A DNA stretch of 64,000 nt, from contig NC_086097.1 in assembly GCF_963921235.1 (NCBI RefSeq), positions 251,474,001 through 251,538,000 on the forward strand. Reading direction: 5' to 3'. The notes under the pieces were generated by a model, which saw only the letters and a program-made list of their open reading frames with translations, made no database searches and was not told the DNA's origin. Positions 51,741-63,118 of this stretch are shown here, piece by piece; the first letter of the stretch is position 1; each line of letters begins with the position of its first letter. The position numbers and the translations under genes were made by a program. This DNA comes from Mobula hypostoma. Lineage: Eukaryota.

Positions 51741-52443
51741 CCAACTCATAGTAGTCAATCCTCAAGTATTGCTTTCTAAAACAAAATCCCACCCTGTAAT
51801 TTTTTGTGATTCTGTTACCCCAAAAAGATGGTCATTGTTTTTGGAAGGTATTATTTCTGCACTGGGATATACTTGTGAACAAAATCCTCTTACCAGTGCT
51901 GACCCTTTTCCCACCACCCATCCATTTGATCTTTTCTATCTTTTTTTAAAATAAGGTGGTATTGATTTAAGTTACTTTGCTGGAAATCAGTTATATGTCT
52001 GCAGTTCAAGGAAAAATTGTGGAAGGCCCCTATTTTAACATTAATAATAAGCATTATTTTAATATTGAAGCTTTGGGTTTCATTTAACCAGCACATCATA
52101 AGAACCTAGCACGTTACCACACAGTACAGACCCTTCAGCTCAGGAACTACTCTGAGATTAATCTAACAGTTTCTAACCTTCCCCTTCTGCATGGGCCTCC
52201 ATTTTTCTATCATCTATTTGCATATCAATGAGTTTCCTAAACGTCCCTAATGAATCTGCCTCCCACCACCCCACCAGCAGGGCGTTCCACACACCCACCA
52301 CTCCCTGACTTCTTAAAAAATAACTACCTCTGTCATCACCCCCGCCCCACACCATACGTTCTCCCATTCACCTTAAAGTTATGATCCTTGTATTAGCCAT
52401 TTCCGTGCTGAGAAAAAGTACCTGGCTGTCGACTCAGTCTATA

Positions 52444-52958
52444 ACAGGAGAAAGTCTGCAGATGCTGAAAATCTAAAGCAACACACACAAAGTGCTGGAG
52501 GAACTCAGCAGGTCAGGCATCGTCTATGGAAATGAATAAAAAGTTGATGTTTTGGGCTGAGACCCTTCTTCAGGACTGGAAAGGAGGGGGAATATGCCTG
52601 AATTAAAAAGTTGGGGGGTGGGGGAAGGAGGATAACTAGAAGGTGATAGTTGAGGCAGTGTGGGTGGGAAAGATAATGGGCTGGAGAGGAATGAATCTGA
52701 TAGGAGAGGAGAGTGGATCATAGGAGAAAGGGAAAGAGGAGGGACATCGGGGGGAGGTGATAGTCTGGGGAGGAGAGGTAAGAGGCCAGAGTGGGAATAG
52801 AAGAAGAGGGGAGGGAAAAGGAGAAATCGATAATCATGCCGTTAGGTTGGAAGCTACCGAGACGGAATGTAATGCATTGCTCCTCCACTCTGAGGGTGGC
52901 TTCATCGTGGCACAGGAGGATCAATGGACTTACGTGTCGGAAAGGGAATTAAAATGTT
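52444..52958 (-). mobile_element. Old PLE 3' fragment inside a CR1 3' fragment
   Basis: CHDEATLRVEEQCITFRLGSFQPNGMIIDF; decayed hammerhead at 52541-52579. Confidence 0.78.
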
Positions 52959-53129
52959 TACCATCTCTTATCATCTTGTACACCTCTGTTACGTGCTTTT
53001 TTGGTGCAGTCGGCAGTGCGTCAGTCTCATATAGCCTGGAAGAAATCTATTCATGAGGTAAACTTGCCACTATAGAACTGAACTGCGCAGAGGCAGACTA
53101 TGGTTCTATAAAGAATTGCCGTATGAGGC

Positions 53130-55960
53130 TTTTGTCGGGCTGAAGTCAGCGAGAGGAATGGCTCGTTTGTGCCTTGGTGTGAAGTTTAAAAAGAGCTCAG
53201 AAGCTTTCAGCTTTCTTTCAGCAGGCTGAAATCAGCACAAGGCCAGTAAAACGAAAGGAGATATAGACCGAGTGGCCATTGGTCCGGCTTTGGCTCAGCA
53301 GGCTTGGGCGACAACAGGCGGAGGTTCTAAGTAAGAAATAAAATTTCTAGTAAGATTCTGTTTTCTGTTAGTACATAGCTGGTGAGCTGAGAATGGATCT
53401 AGGGGTTACTGATGTATTTCTTGTGAGAGATGTAGGAACTTTGGGAGACCTCCAGTCTCCCTGATAAGTACATCTGCATGAAGTGCATCAAGCTGCGGCT
53501 CCTTAGGGACCAGTGTTAAGGGACTGGAGCAGCAGCTGGATGACCTTTGGCTCGTATGAGAAACTGTGGAGATGATATATAGGAACTACAGGGAGGTAGT
53601 CATCCCCAAGTTGCAGGAGGCAGGTACCTGGATGACTGTCAGGAGAAGGAAAGGGAATAGGCAGCTAGTGCAGAGTAGACCTGTGGCTGTTCATACACTT
53701 TGGATAACGCTGGGGGGAACAACCCACCGGGGGAAGCCCCAGCGACCAGGTCTCTGGCGCTGATTCTGGCTTTGTGGCTCAGGAGGAAAGGGAGGAGAAG
53801 AGGGGTGCAGTGGTGAGAGTGCAGTCCATAGTTAGAAGAGCAGGTGGCAGATAGACAGGAAAGGAACACCTGGGTGGTATGTTGTCTTCCGGGTGCCAGA
53901 CTCCGGGATGTCTCGGATCGGGTCCGCGGCATTCTAAAGGAGGAGGGTGAACAGCCAGAAATCATGATGGGTATTAATATCTATGACGTAGACAGGAAAA
54001 GGGGGGAGATCCTGAAGAGAGATTATAGGGATTTGGGTAGAAAGCTGAAAAGCTGGACCTCCAGGGTAGCAATCTCTGGATTGCTGCCTGTGCCACAGTC
54101 GGTGAGGGTAAGAACAGGAAGATTGGCAGATGAATGTGTGGATTAGATTTCTGGATCATTGGGGTCTTTTCTGGGGAAGATATGACCTGTACAAATGGGA
54201 CAGGTTACACTTGAACCCAAGGGGGTCCAATATCCTGCGTGCAGGTTTTGTAGAACTGTTGGGAAGGGTTTAAACTGACTTGGCAAGGGGATGGGAACCA
54301 GCTGAGGGTGGAGTAGCTGGTGTATACCTAGACGCATTGTGTAGTGTGGCACAGGCAGATGATAAGGCCAAATTGCAGTTAGTGGGTAACGAGGGGCCAG
54401 AATCAACAAGGGTGATGAACACAAGACGGAAGGTGTTTATTTGATTGGACTCAGTATATGGAATAAGGTTGATGATCTTGTGTAGTTAGAGATTGGCTGG
54501 TATGATTTTGAGTCATGACTGAAAAAAGATCATAGTCAATAGAATCCAAGAATATACATTGTATCGAAAGGACAGGCAGGTAGGCAGAGGGTGTGGCTGG
54601 CTCTGTTGGCTTAAAAAAAAATGAAATCAACCCCTTGGCAAAAGTGACATAGGATCGGAAGATGTAGAATACTTGTGGTTGGAGTTTAGAAACTGCAAGG
54701 GTAAAGAGACCCTGAAGGGAGTTATATATAGGCCTCGGAACAGTAGCCAGAATGTGGGGTACAAATTACAACGGGAGGTAGAATAGGTGTGTAAAAAGGA
54801 CAATGTTATGATAATCATGGGCGATTTCAATATGCAGGTAGATTTGGGAAAATCCGGTAGGTGCTAGATCCCAAGAGAAGGAATTTGTAGAATTCCTATG
54901 TGATGGTTTTTTTTAGAGCAGCTTGTAGTTGAGCCCTCAAGGGAACGGGCAGTTCTGTATTGGGTTAATCTAATGACCCAGGTTTGATCCGGAAGTTTAA
55001 GGTAAAGAAACCCTTAAGAGGCAGTGATCATAATACGATAGAATTCACTCTGCAGTTTGAGGAAGCGAAGCTAAAAACAAATGTGTGTGTATTACAGTGG
55101 AATTACAGAGGTGTGAGAGAGGAGTTGGCCAGAATTGGGAGGTTATCTGGCAGCATACATCAAAGTTGCTGGTGAACGCAGCAGGCCAGGCAGCATCTCT
55201 AGGGAGAGGTACAGTCGACGTTTCAGGCCAAGACCTTCGTCAGTGTCCTGACGAAGGGTCTCGGCCTGAAATGTCGACTGTACCTCTCCCTAGAGATGCT
55301 GCCTGGCCTGCTGCGTTCACCAGCAACTTTGATGTGTGTTGCTTGAATTTCCCGCATCTGCAGAATTCCTCTTGCTGAGGTAATCTAGCAGGTTGAGTTA
55401 GTGGTAAGGATGGAAAATGCAATGTTAGCATTCATTTCGACAGGAGTAGGATACAAGAGCAAGAATGTAACAGCGAGGCTTTATAAGGCATTGGTCAGAT
55501 CGCACTTGGAGTATTGAAAGTAGTTTTGGACCCTTTGGCATTGAAGAAGGTCCAGAAGAGATTTACAAGAATTATTCTGGAAATGGAATGGTAAACCTGA
55601 GGCGTGTTTGATGGCTCTGGGCCTGGGCATACTCAAGTTTGGATGAATAGGTTGGGGAATCTCACTGAAAACTATCAGAATTGAAGGATGTCCATTTAGA
55701 ACAAAGATGAGAAAACATTTCCTTAGCCAGAGGGTGGTGGATCCGTGAAATTTATTGCCACAAACAGCTATGGAGGTCAAGTCTTTGGGTATATTTAAAG
55801 TGGAGGTTGATATGTTCTTGATTAATCAGGGGGTCTAAGGTTACAGGGAGAAGGCAGGAGACTGGGATTGAGAGGGTTAGTAAATCAGCCATAATAGAAT
55901 GGCGGAGCAGACTCGATAGGCCAAATAGCCTAAATCTGTTTCTCTGTCTTAGGGTCTTAT
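53130..55960 (+). mobile_element. Degenerate CR1 (ORF1, endonuclease, deleted RT, 3' end)
   Basis: VVCCLPGARLRDVSDRVRGILKEEGEQPEI, LRGSDHNTIEF and 3' UTR remnants. Confidence 0.82.
55154..55376 (+). mobile_element. PLE mini-palindrome with back-to-back hammerheads
   Basis: Arms 55154-55243 and 55248-55338 around a 4-nt spacer. Imperfect 15-bp TSD gaggt[t/a]atct[g/a]gcag at 55139-55153 and 55377-55391. Confidence 0.85.
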
Positions 55961-56221
55961 TGTGATCCTACATATTTATAACACAGAATTATAATTTTAA
56001 GGTTAACTTGTAAATAGTGAGTTTATTAACAAGTCTAAAGTGCACTTGCTTTTTCAACCCTTGGAGGGTGAAAAGGCTCAATTAATTGATAAATTTAATT
56101 ACATTGATTCCATTGTTAATTATTTCATATATTTATGCAAAACTATGTATCCAGTGTGTGAGATATTTATGAATTCATATTAGTCCAAGAGTTAATTACT
56201 TGCTCTTAAATTGTTTTGCAG

Positions 56222-56343
56222 CAGCCCTTCATCAGTGGGCAAAGGTTTTCTTTGGCAGCTGGGCAGCCATTGCGAGCGGAATGTTGTATGCTGTGTACCT
56301 TTCTACATTTCATGAAAGAAAGTTCTGGTTTTCCAGCAGACAG
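56222..56343 (+). CDS. DPY19L4: Internal coding exon of DPY19L4 (probable C-mannosyltransferase), first transmembrane helix
   Basis: Translates (P)[40 protein letters not shown], matching recalled human DPY19L4 [42 protein letters not shown]. Acceptor ttgttttgcag, donor CAG|gtgaga, phase 1 to phase 0. Confidence 0.93.
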
Positions 56344-58009
56344 GTGAGATTATGTGTAAAATTTGATGTTTGCTTAGTATGCTGTTTAGAATAATGTCAT
56401 ATTTCTTCTTCCTGATCCTTTCCTGAAGATGATCACGGAATAGTACAGAGCAGGCCCTTCAGCCCATATTGTTGTGCTGACCCTATAATCTACTCTAAGA
56501 TCAATTAACCCTTCCTTCCTACATAATCCAACATTTTTCTATCATCCATGTGTCTACCTAAGAGTTTCTTAAATGTCCCTCGTGCATCTGCCTTAACCAC
56601 AACACCTGGCAGGGTGTTCCATGCACTCACCACTCTCTGTGTAAGAAAGTTATGTCTGGCATCCCCCTCTTATTTTATAAGGCTATTGAATAGTTCCCTA
56701 GTATGATAACACAGAACATAACAGCACAGTACATACAGGCCCTTCAATCTCTTTCTAATGATTTGATTTCATTTTTTTTAAACCAACAGAGCAATGCCCT
56801 TCCCTCTGCCTTCCTGCCTGTCCTTTCAATACAATGTGTATCCTTGGACAATAAGCTCCCAGCTATAATCTTTCAGCCACAATTCAGTAATGCCTACATC
56901 ATACCTGCCAAACCGCAACTGTGCTACAAGTTCATCTACCTTATTCTATTACTTATTCACCAGGTGCTGCCTGGATTAGAGAGAATGCCTTTTGAGGATA
57001 GATTGAGTGAGCTAGGGCTTTTCTCTTTGGAGTGAAGGAGGATGAGAGGTGACTTGATAGAGGTGTCCAAGATGATAAGAGGCATCGATTGGAAGGGGCA
57101 TAATTTTGAGATATCAGGAGGAGAGTATCGGCGGGGTGGGGGGTTGTTTTCCCTCACACAGGGTGGGTGCGCAGAATGTACTGCCAGGGTGGTGATAGAG
57201 GCAAATAGATAGAGGCATTTAACATGGATAATAGAAAAATGGGGATCTATGTAGGAGTGAAGGAGCTGATTGATTTTGGAGTGGGTTAAAAGGTCAGCAC
57301 AACATCATGGATTGAAGAGCTTAATGTCCAAGGATACACATTCTATTGAAAGGACAAGCAGGAAGGCAGAGGGAAGGGCATTGCTCTGTTGGTTTAAAAA
57401 AATGAAATCAAATCATTAGAAAGAGATGACATAGGATTGGAAGGTGGTAAGTCATTGTGGATACAGCTAAGGAACTGCATGGGTAAAAAGACCCTGATGG
57501 GAGTTAAATGCAGACCTCCAAACAGTAGTAAGGATGTGGCCTACAAGTTACAATGGGAGATGGAAAATGCATGCCAAAAGGGCAATTTTACAATAGTCAT
57601 GGGGGAGCTTCAATATGCAGATAGATTGGAAAAATCAGGCTGGTGCTGGATTCCAGGAGGGGTGTTTTTAGATTGCCGACGAGATGGCTTTTTAAAGCAG
57701 CTAGTGTTTGAGCCCACTAGAGAATCAGCTAGTCTGGACTGGGTGTTGTGCAATGAACCGGTTTGATTAGAGAGCTTAAGGTAATGGAACCCTTAGGGAA
57801 AGTGATCAAAGTATGATCGAATTCACCCTGAAATTTGAGGAGGAGAAGCTAAAGTCAGATGCTTCACTGTTAAAATGGAGTAAAGGGAATTACAGAGGCA
57901 TGAGAGAAGATTTGGCCAGAATTGATTGGAAAAGAGCACTGCCAGGGATGACAGCAGAGCAGAAATGGCTGGAATTTCTGGAAGCAATTCAGAAGGCACA
58001 CGATATATA

Positions 58010-59603
58010 CAGGTTACCCCCACCATCCGAAGGTAGAGCGTTCCTATGAAACGGTTTATAAGCCGGAATGTTGTAAAGCGAAGAAGCAATTACCATTTAT
58101 TTATATGGGAAAATTTTGTGAGCGTTCGTAGACCCAAAAATAACCTACCAAATCATGCCAAGTAACACATAAAACCTAAAATAACAGTAACATATAGTAA
58201 AAGCAGGAATGATATGATAAATATACAGCCTATATAAAGTAGAAATACTTCTCCACAATCGTTGCCTGCACTGTCCATCGTGGCAAAAATCTCACACAAG
58301 CGCCATCGGCAAAAACACTCTCTCCAGTAACCTTTAGGCTATGAAGCTGCCAAATCATACCAAATAACACGTAAAAATACACAGCCTATATAAAGTAGAA
58401 ATAATGTATGTACAGTGTAGTATCACTTACTGGAATTGGGAAGACAGCGAGCACGCTGATGATGGTGTGTTAGGCTGAGTCGTTGCAGGTTGGGGTGGTG
58501 CAGTGGCCCCCACCCTCCGGGCGGCGAACCGATACCAATCCGCGTAGCATGCAGCGGTACAGTGGTAGCCGGGAGGCGCACAGCACATCTTTAAGAAAAA
58601 AGCCAAAATAAAGATGCTAATTAATTAGATGCCGCCCGACACGTAATTGTCGGCCCAGATCAGAGACGACGCAATCGCCAATCGCCTCTGATCTGGGCCA
58701 ACATTTACGTGCTAGGCGGCAGCTAATTAATTAGCTTGTTTATTTCTGCTTTTTTCTTAAAGATGTGCTGTGTGCCTCCCGGCTACCGCTGCATTCTCCG
58801 CGAATCGGTATCTGTCCGCGGCCTGGGGGTTGGGGTGGTGGGACACTGGGGTGTCATCTCGTTGTCTGTTTCCATTAGAGCAGGCAGCTCATCTTCTCCT
58901 ATGACTGCCCACCTCGATGTCGAAGGTCGAGGTTCATCGTCTGCTGTGGCTGATGTGGAAGGCTTGCTTGACTGCTGAGCCTCGCACATTTTTAGATCAT
59001 ACAGTTCTTTGTAAGCACTCAAACCATCTTGCAAATATGCCCTAAACCAACGTATCCTTTCACAATTAAAGTCGTACTTTATCATTGCAGCGAAAATCTC
59101 ACGCAGTTGCTTCACGTTCAGTTCGCTACTGCATTCGGTTTCGATTGTTATCCTTTCCTCTTCCAATTGCATCAGCTCTTCACCTATCAGTTCTTGGTCA
59201 TGAGATGCCAAAACCTCTTCAGCATCATCTTCGTCAGCTTCCACAAGCCAAACTCGCTTTGTCCTTACTTCGTTCACCATGATCGAAACGCTTAATTATG
59301 TCTAGTTAAGTGTAACACCCTTACAAGCTCTTTTAGGCTTTTCCGATACCTTGGAACTCATCTTGCTAACGGCTGCTCACAGGCATGTGTTTAAGCAATG
59401 CCGGCTAGAATGCAGCTCCGAATCCCGGGGGAGAGCGGCTGCTTGGGGCGCACACTGCTTTTCCCCGCACGCTGATTTTTTATCGGGCACTGCTTTTCGT
59501 AACAGTGAAAACACCTGCTGTTAGTGAAAACAGGGAACTAATGTAAGTCTTTTGTATCAGTGAGGTTTCGTAAAGCGAACGTTTGAAAAGTGGGGGACAC
59601 CTG
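58010..59603 (-). mobile_element. pogo/Tigger-like DNA transposon derivative
   Basis: TA TSD on both sides; TIR caggttacccccac / gtgggggacacctg; C-terminal remnant EDDAEEVLASHDQELIGEELMQLEEE. Confidence 0.85.
58501..58835. mobile_element. Second copy of the palindromic MITE
   Basis: Shares cagcacatctttaagaaaaaa...gctaattaattag...cagatcagag arms with 35736-36033. Confidence 0.85.
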
Positions 59604-59735
59604 TACATCCCAAAGAGGAAGAAGTATTCTAAAGGAAAGCTGACACAACCGTGGCTAACAAGAGAAGTCAAAGCCAACAGAAAAGCCAAAGAGAGGGCAT
59701 ATGATAGAGCAGATATTAGTGGGAAGCTTTTAAAA

Positions 59736-61026
59736 TTTGTGAAAGGAAAATCATGTCTGACGAATCTCATAGAATTTTTTTGAGGATGTAACTAGTAGAG
59801 TGGATAGGGGAGAACCAGTGGATGTGGTATATTTGGATTTTCAAAAGGCTTTTGACAAGGTCCCACATAGGAGATTAGTGTGCAAACTTAAAGCACACGG
59901 TATTGGGGGTAAGGTATTGGTGTGGGTGGAGAATTGGTTAGCAGACAGGAAGCAAAGAGTGGGAATAAACGGGACCTTTTCAGAATGGCAGGCGGTGACT
60001 AGTGGGGTACCGCAAGGCTCAGTGCTGGGACCCCAGTTGTTTACAATATATATTAATGACTTGGATGAGGGAATTAAATGCAGCATCTCCAAGTTTGCGG
60101 ATGACACGAAGCTGGGTGGCAGTGTTAGCAGTGAGGAGGATGCTAAGAGGATGCAGGGTGACTTGGATAGGTTGGGTGAGTGGGCAAACTCATGGCAGAT
60201 GCAATTTAATGTGGATAAATGTGAAGTTATCCACTTTGGTGGCAAAAATAGGAAAACAGATTATTATCTGAATGGTGGCCGATTAGGAAAAGGGGAGGTG
60301 CAACGAGACCTGGGTGTCATTATACACCAGTCATTGAAAGTGGGCATGCAGGTACAGCAGGCGGTGAAAAAGGCGAATGGTATGCTGGCATTTATAGCGA
60401 GAGGATTCGAGTACAGGAGCAGGGAGGTACTACTGCAGTTGTACAAGGCCTTGGTGAGACCACACCTGGAGTATTGTGTGCAGTTTTGGTCCCCTAATCT
60501 GAGGAAAGACATCTTTGCCATAGAGGGAGTACAAAGAAGGTTCACCAGATTGATTCCTGGGATGGCAGGTCTTTCATATGAAGAAAGACTGGATGAACTG
60601 GGCTTGTACTCGTTGGAATTTAGAAGATTGAGGGGGGATCTGATTGAAACGTATAAGATCCTAAAGGGATTGGACAGGCTAGATGCAGGAAGATTGTTCC
60701 CGATGTTGGGGAGGTCTAGAACGAGGGGTCACAGTTTGAGGATAGAGGGGAAGCCTTTTAGGACCGAGGTTAGGAAAAACTTCTTCACACAGAGAGTGGT
60801 GAATCTGTGGAATTCTCTGCCACAGCAAACTGTTGAGGCCAGTTCATTAGCTATGTTTAAAAGGAAGTTAGATATGGCCCTTGTGGCTACAGGGGTCAGG
60901 GGGTATGGAGGGAAGGCTGGGTTCTGAGTTGGATGATCAGCCATGATCATAATAAATGGCGGTGCAGGCTCGAAGGGCCGAATGGCCTACTCCTGCACCT
61001 ATTTTCTATGTTTCTATGTTTCTATG
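59736..61026 (+). mobile_element. Young 5'-truncated CR1 with open RT (ORF 59800-60927)
   Basis: 375-aa [16 protein letters not shown]...[11 protein letters not shown]...KFADDTK; (tttctatg)n tail; taaaa duplication at both ends. Confidence 0.95.
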
Positions 61027-61909
61027 TAAAAACTAACAGAAGGCAACAAAAAAGTCATTAAGGAAAGGATAGAATGCAAAAGTAACTAGCCAATAATACT
61101 AAAGAGGATACCAAGAGTTTCCTCAGATACATAAAAGTGTAGAAGAGAGGCGACAGTGGATATTGTACCACTAGAAAACAATACTGGAGAGTTAATAATG
61201 GGGGACAAACAAAATAGCAGATGAACTGTGTAAGTATTTTGCACCAATCTTCACTGTGGAAGGCACTAGTAGTATGGTGGAAGTTCCAGGTGTCAGGGAG
61301 CATGAAGTGTGTGATGTTACCATTACTAGAGAGAGGGTTCTTGGGAAACTGAAAGGTCTGAAGGTAGATAAGTCACCATGACCAGATGGGCCTCTTATCT
61401 GAGAAAGGATGTGCTGAAACTGGATTGGATTCAAAGGAGGTGGATATGGAGAGGATGTTTCCTATGGTAGGAGTGTCTAAGACCAGAGGGCTGTGCTTTT
61501 AGAATGGAGATGAGGAGGAATTTCTTTAGCCAGAGAGTGGTGATTTTGTTGAATTCTTTGCCACAGGCAGTTGTGGAGACCAAGTCTTTATGTATATTTA
61601 AGGCAGAGGTTGATAGATTCTTCACTGGAAGAAAATTGGATCAGCCATGATGAAATGGTGGAGCAGACTCGATGGGCCAAATGACCTAATTCTGCTCCTC
61701 TATTGTATGGTTTTATGGTCTAAATCTCCTCTGTAGCCTCCCTAAAGACTTGCATTTGGTGGTATTTGTGGTTTTCTTGCATTGTGCCCTGGTGGGATGG
61801 GAACTGGGGAATTTCTGCAGGGTGTTGTTGATCTTGGGACCAATAAATTAAAGATTAGTACATGTACATTGAAAGAGAGTGAAATGCATCATTTGCATGA
61901 GCAAATAAT

Positions 61910-63118
61910 AGTAGTAGTAGTCATAGTCATACTTTATTGATCCCAGGGGAAATTGGTTTTCGTTACAGTTGCACCATAAATAATTAAAAAGTAATAAAAC
62001 CATAAATAGTTAAATAGTAATATGTAAATTATGCCAGGAAATAAGTCCAGGACCAGCCTATTGGCTCAGGATGTCTGACCCTCCAAGGGAGGAGTTGTAA
62101 AGTTTGATGGCCACAGGCAGGAATGACTTCCTATGACGCTCTGTGTTTCATCTCGGTGGAATGAGTCTCTGGCTGAATGTACTCCTGTGCCCACCCAGTA
62201 CATTATGTAGTGGATGGGAGACATTGTCCAAGATGGCATGCAACTTGGACAGCATCCTCTTTTCAGACACCACCGTCAGAGAGTCCAGTTCCATCCCCAC
62301 AACATCACCGGCCTTACGAATGAGTTTGTTGATTCTGTTGGTGTCTGCTACCCTCAGCCTGCTGCCCCAGCACACAACAGCAAACATGATCGCATTGGCC
62401 ACCACAGACTCGTAGAACATCCTCAGCATCGTCGGGCAGATGTTAAAGGACCTCAGTCTCCTCAGGAAATAGAGACGGCTCTGACCCTTCTTGTAGACAG
62501 CCCTAGTGTTCGTTGACCAGTCCAGTTTATTGTCAATTCGTATCCCCAGGTATTTGTAATCCTCCACCATGTCCACACTGACCCCCTGGATGGAAACAGG
62601 GGTCACCGGTACCTTAGCTCTCCTCAGGTCTACCACCAGCTCCTTAGACTTTTTCACATTAAGCTGCAGATAATTCTGCTCACACCATGTGACAAAGTTT
62701 CCTACCTTAGACCTGTACTCAACCTCATCTCCCTTGCTGATGCATCCAACTATGGCAGAGTCATCCGAAAACTTCTGAAGATGACAAGACTCTGTGCAGT
62801 AGTTGAAGTCCGAGGTGTAAATGGTGAAGAGAAAGGGAGACCAGACAGTCCCCTGTGGAGCCCCAGTGCTGCTGATCACTCTGTCGGACACACAGTGTTG
62901 CAAGCACACGTACTGTGGTCTGCCAGTCAGGTAATCAAGAATCCATGATCCCAGGAAAGCATCCACCTGCATCGCTGTCAGCTTCTCCCCCAGCAGAGCA
63001 GGGCAGATGGTGTTGAACGCACTGGAGAAGTCAAAAAACATGACCCTCACAGTGCTCACTGGCTTGTCCAGGTGGGTGTAGACACGGTTCAGCAGGTAGA
63101 CGATGGCATCCTCAACTG
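61910..63118 (-). mobile_element. Young Rex1/Babar LINE, 5'-truncated; 303-aa RT fragment
   Basis: FFDFSSAFNTI...GAPQG...KFSDD; near-identical to 15591-16600. Confidence 0.93.

Larger units (their letters stand above)
57320..61720 (+). mobile_element. Old CR1 ORF2 hosting a Tigger and a young CR1
   Basis: CRPPNSSKDV, SLDWVLCNEP and PWLTREVKA fragments continue across the insertions. Confidence 0.78.
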
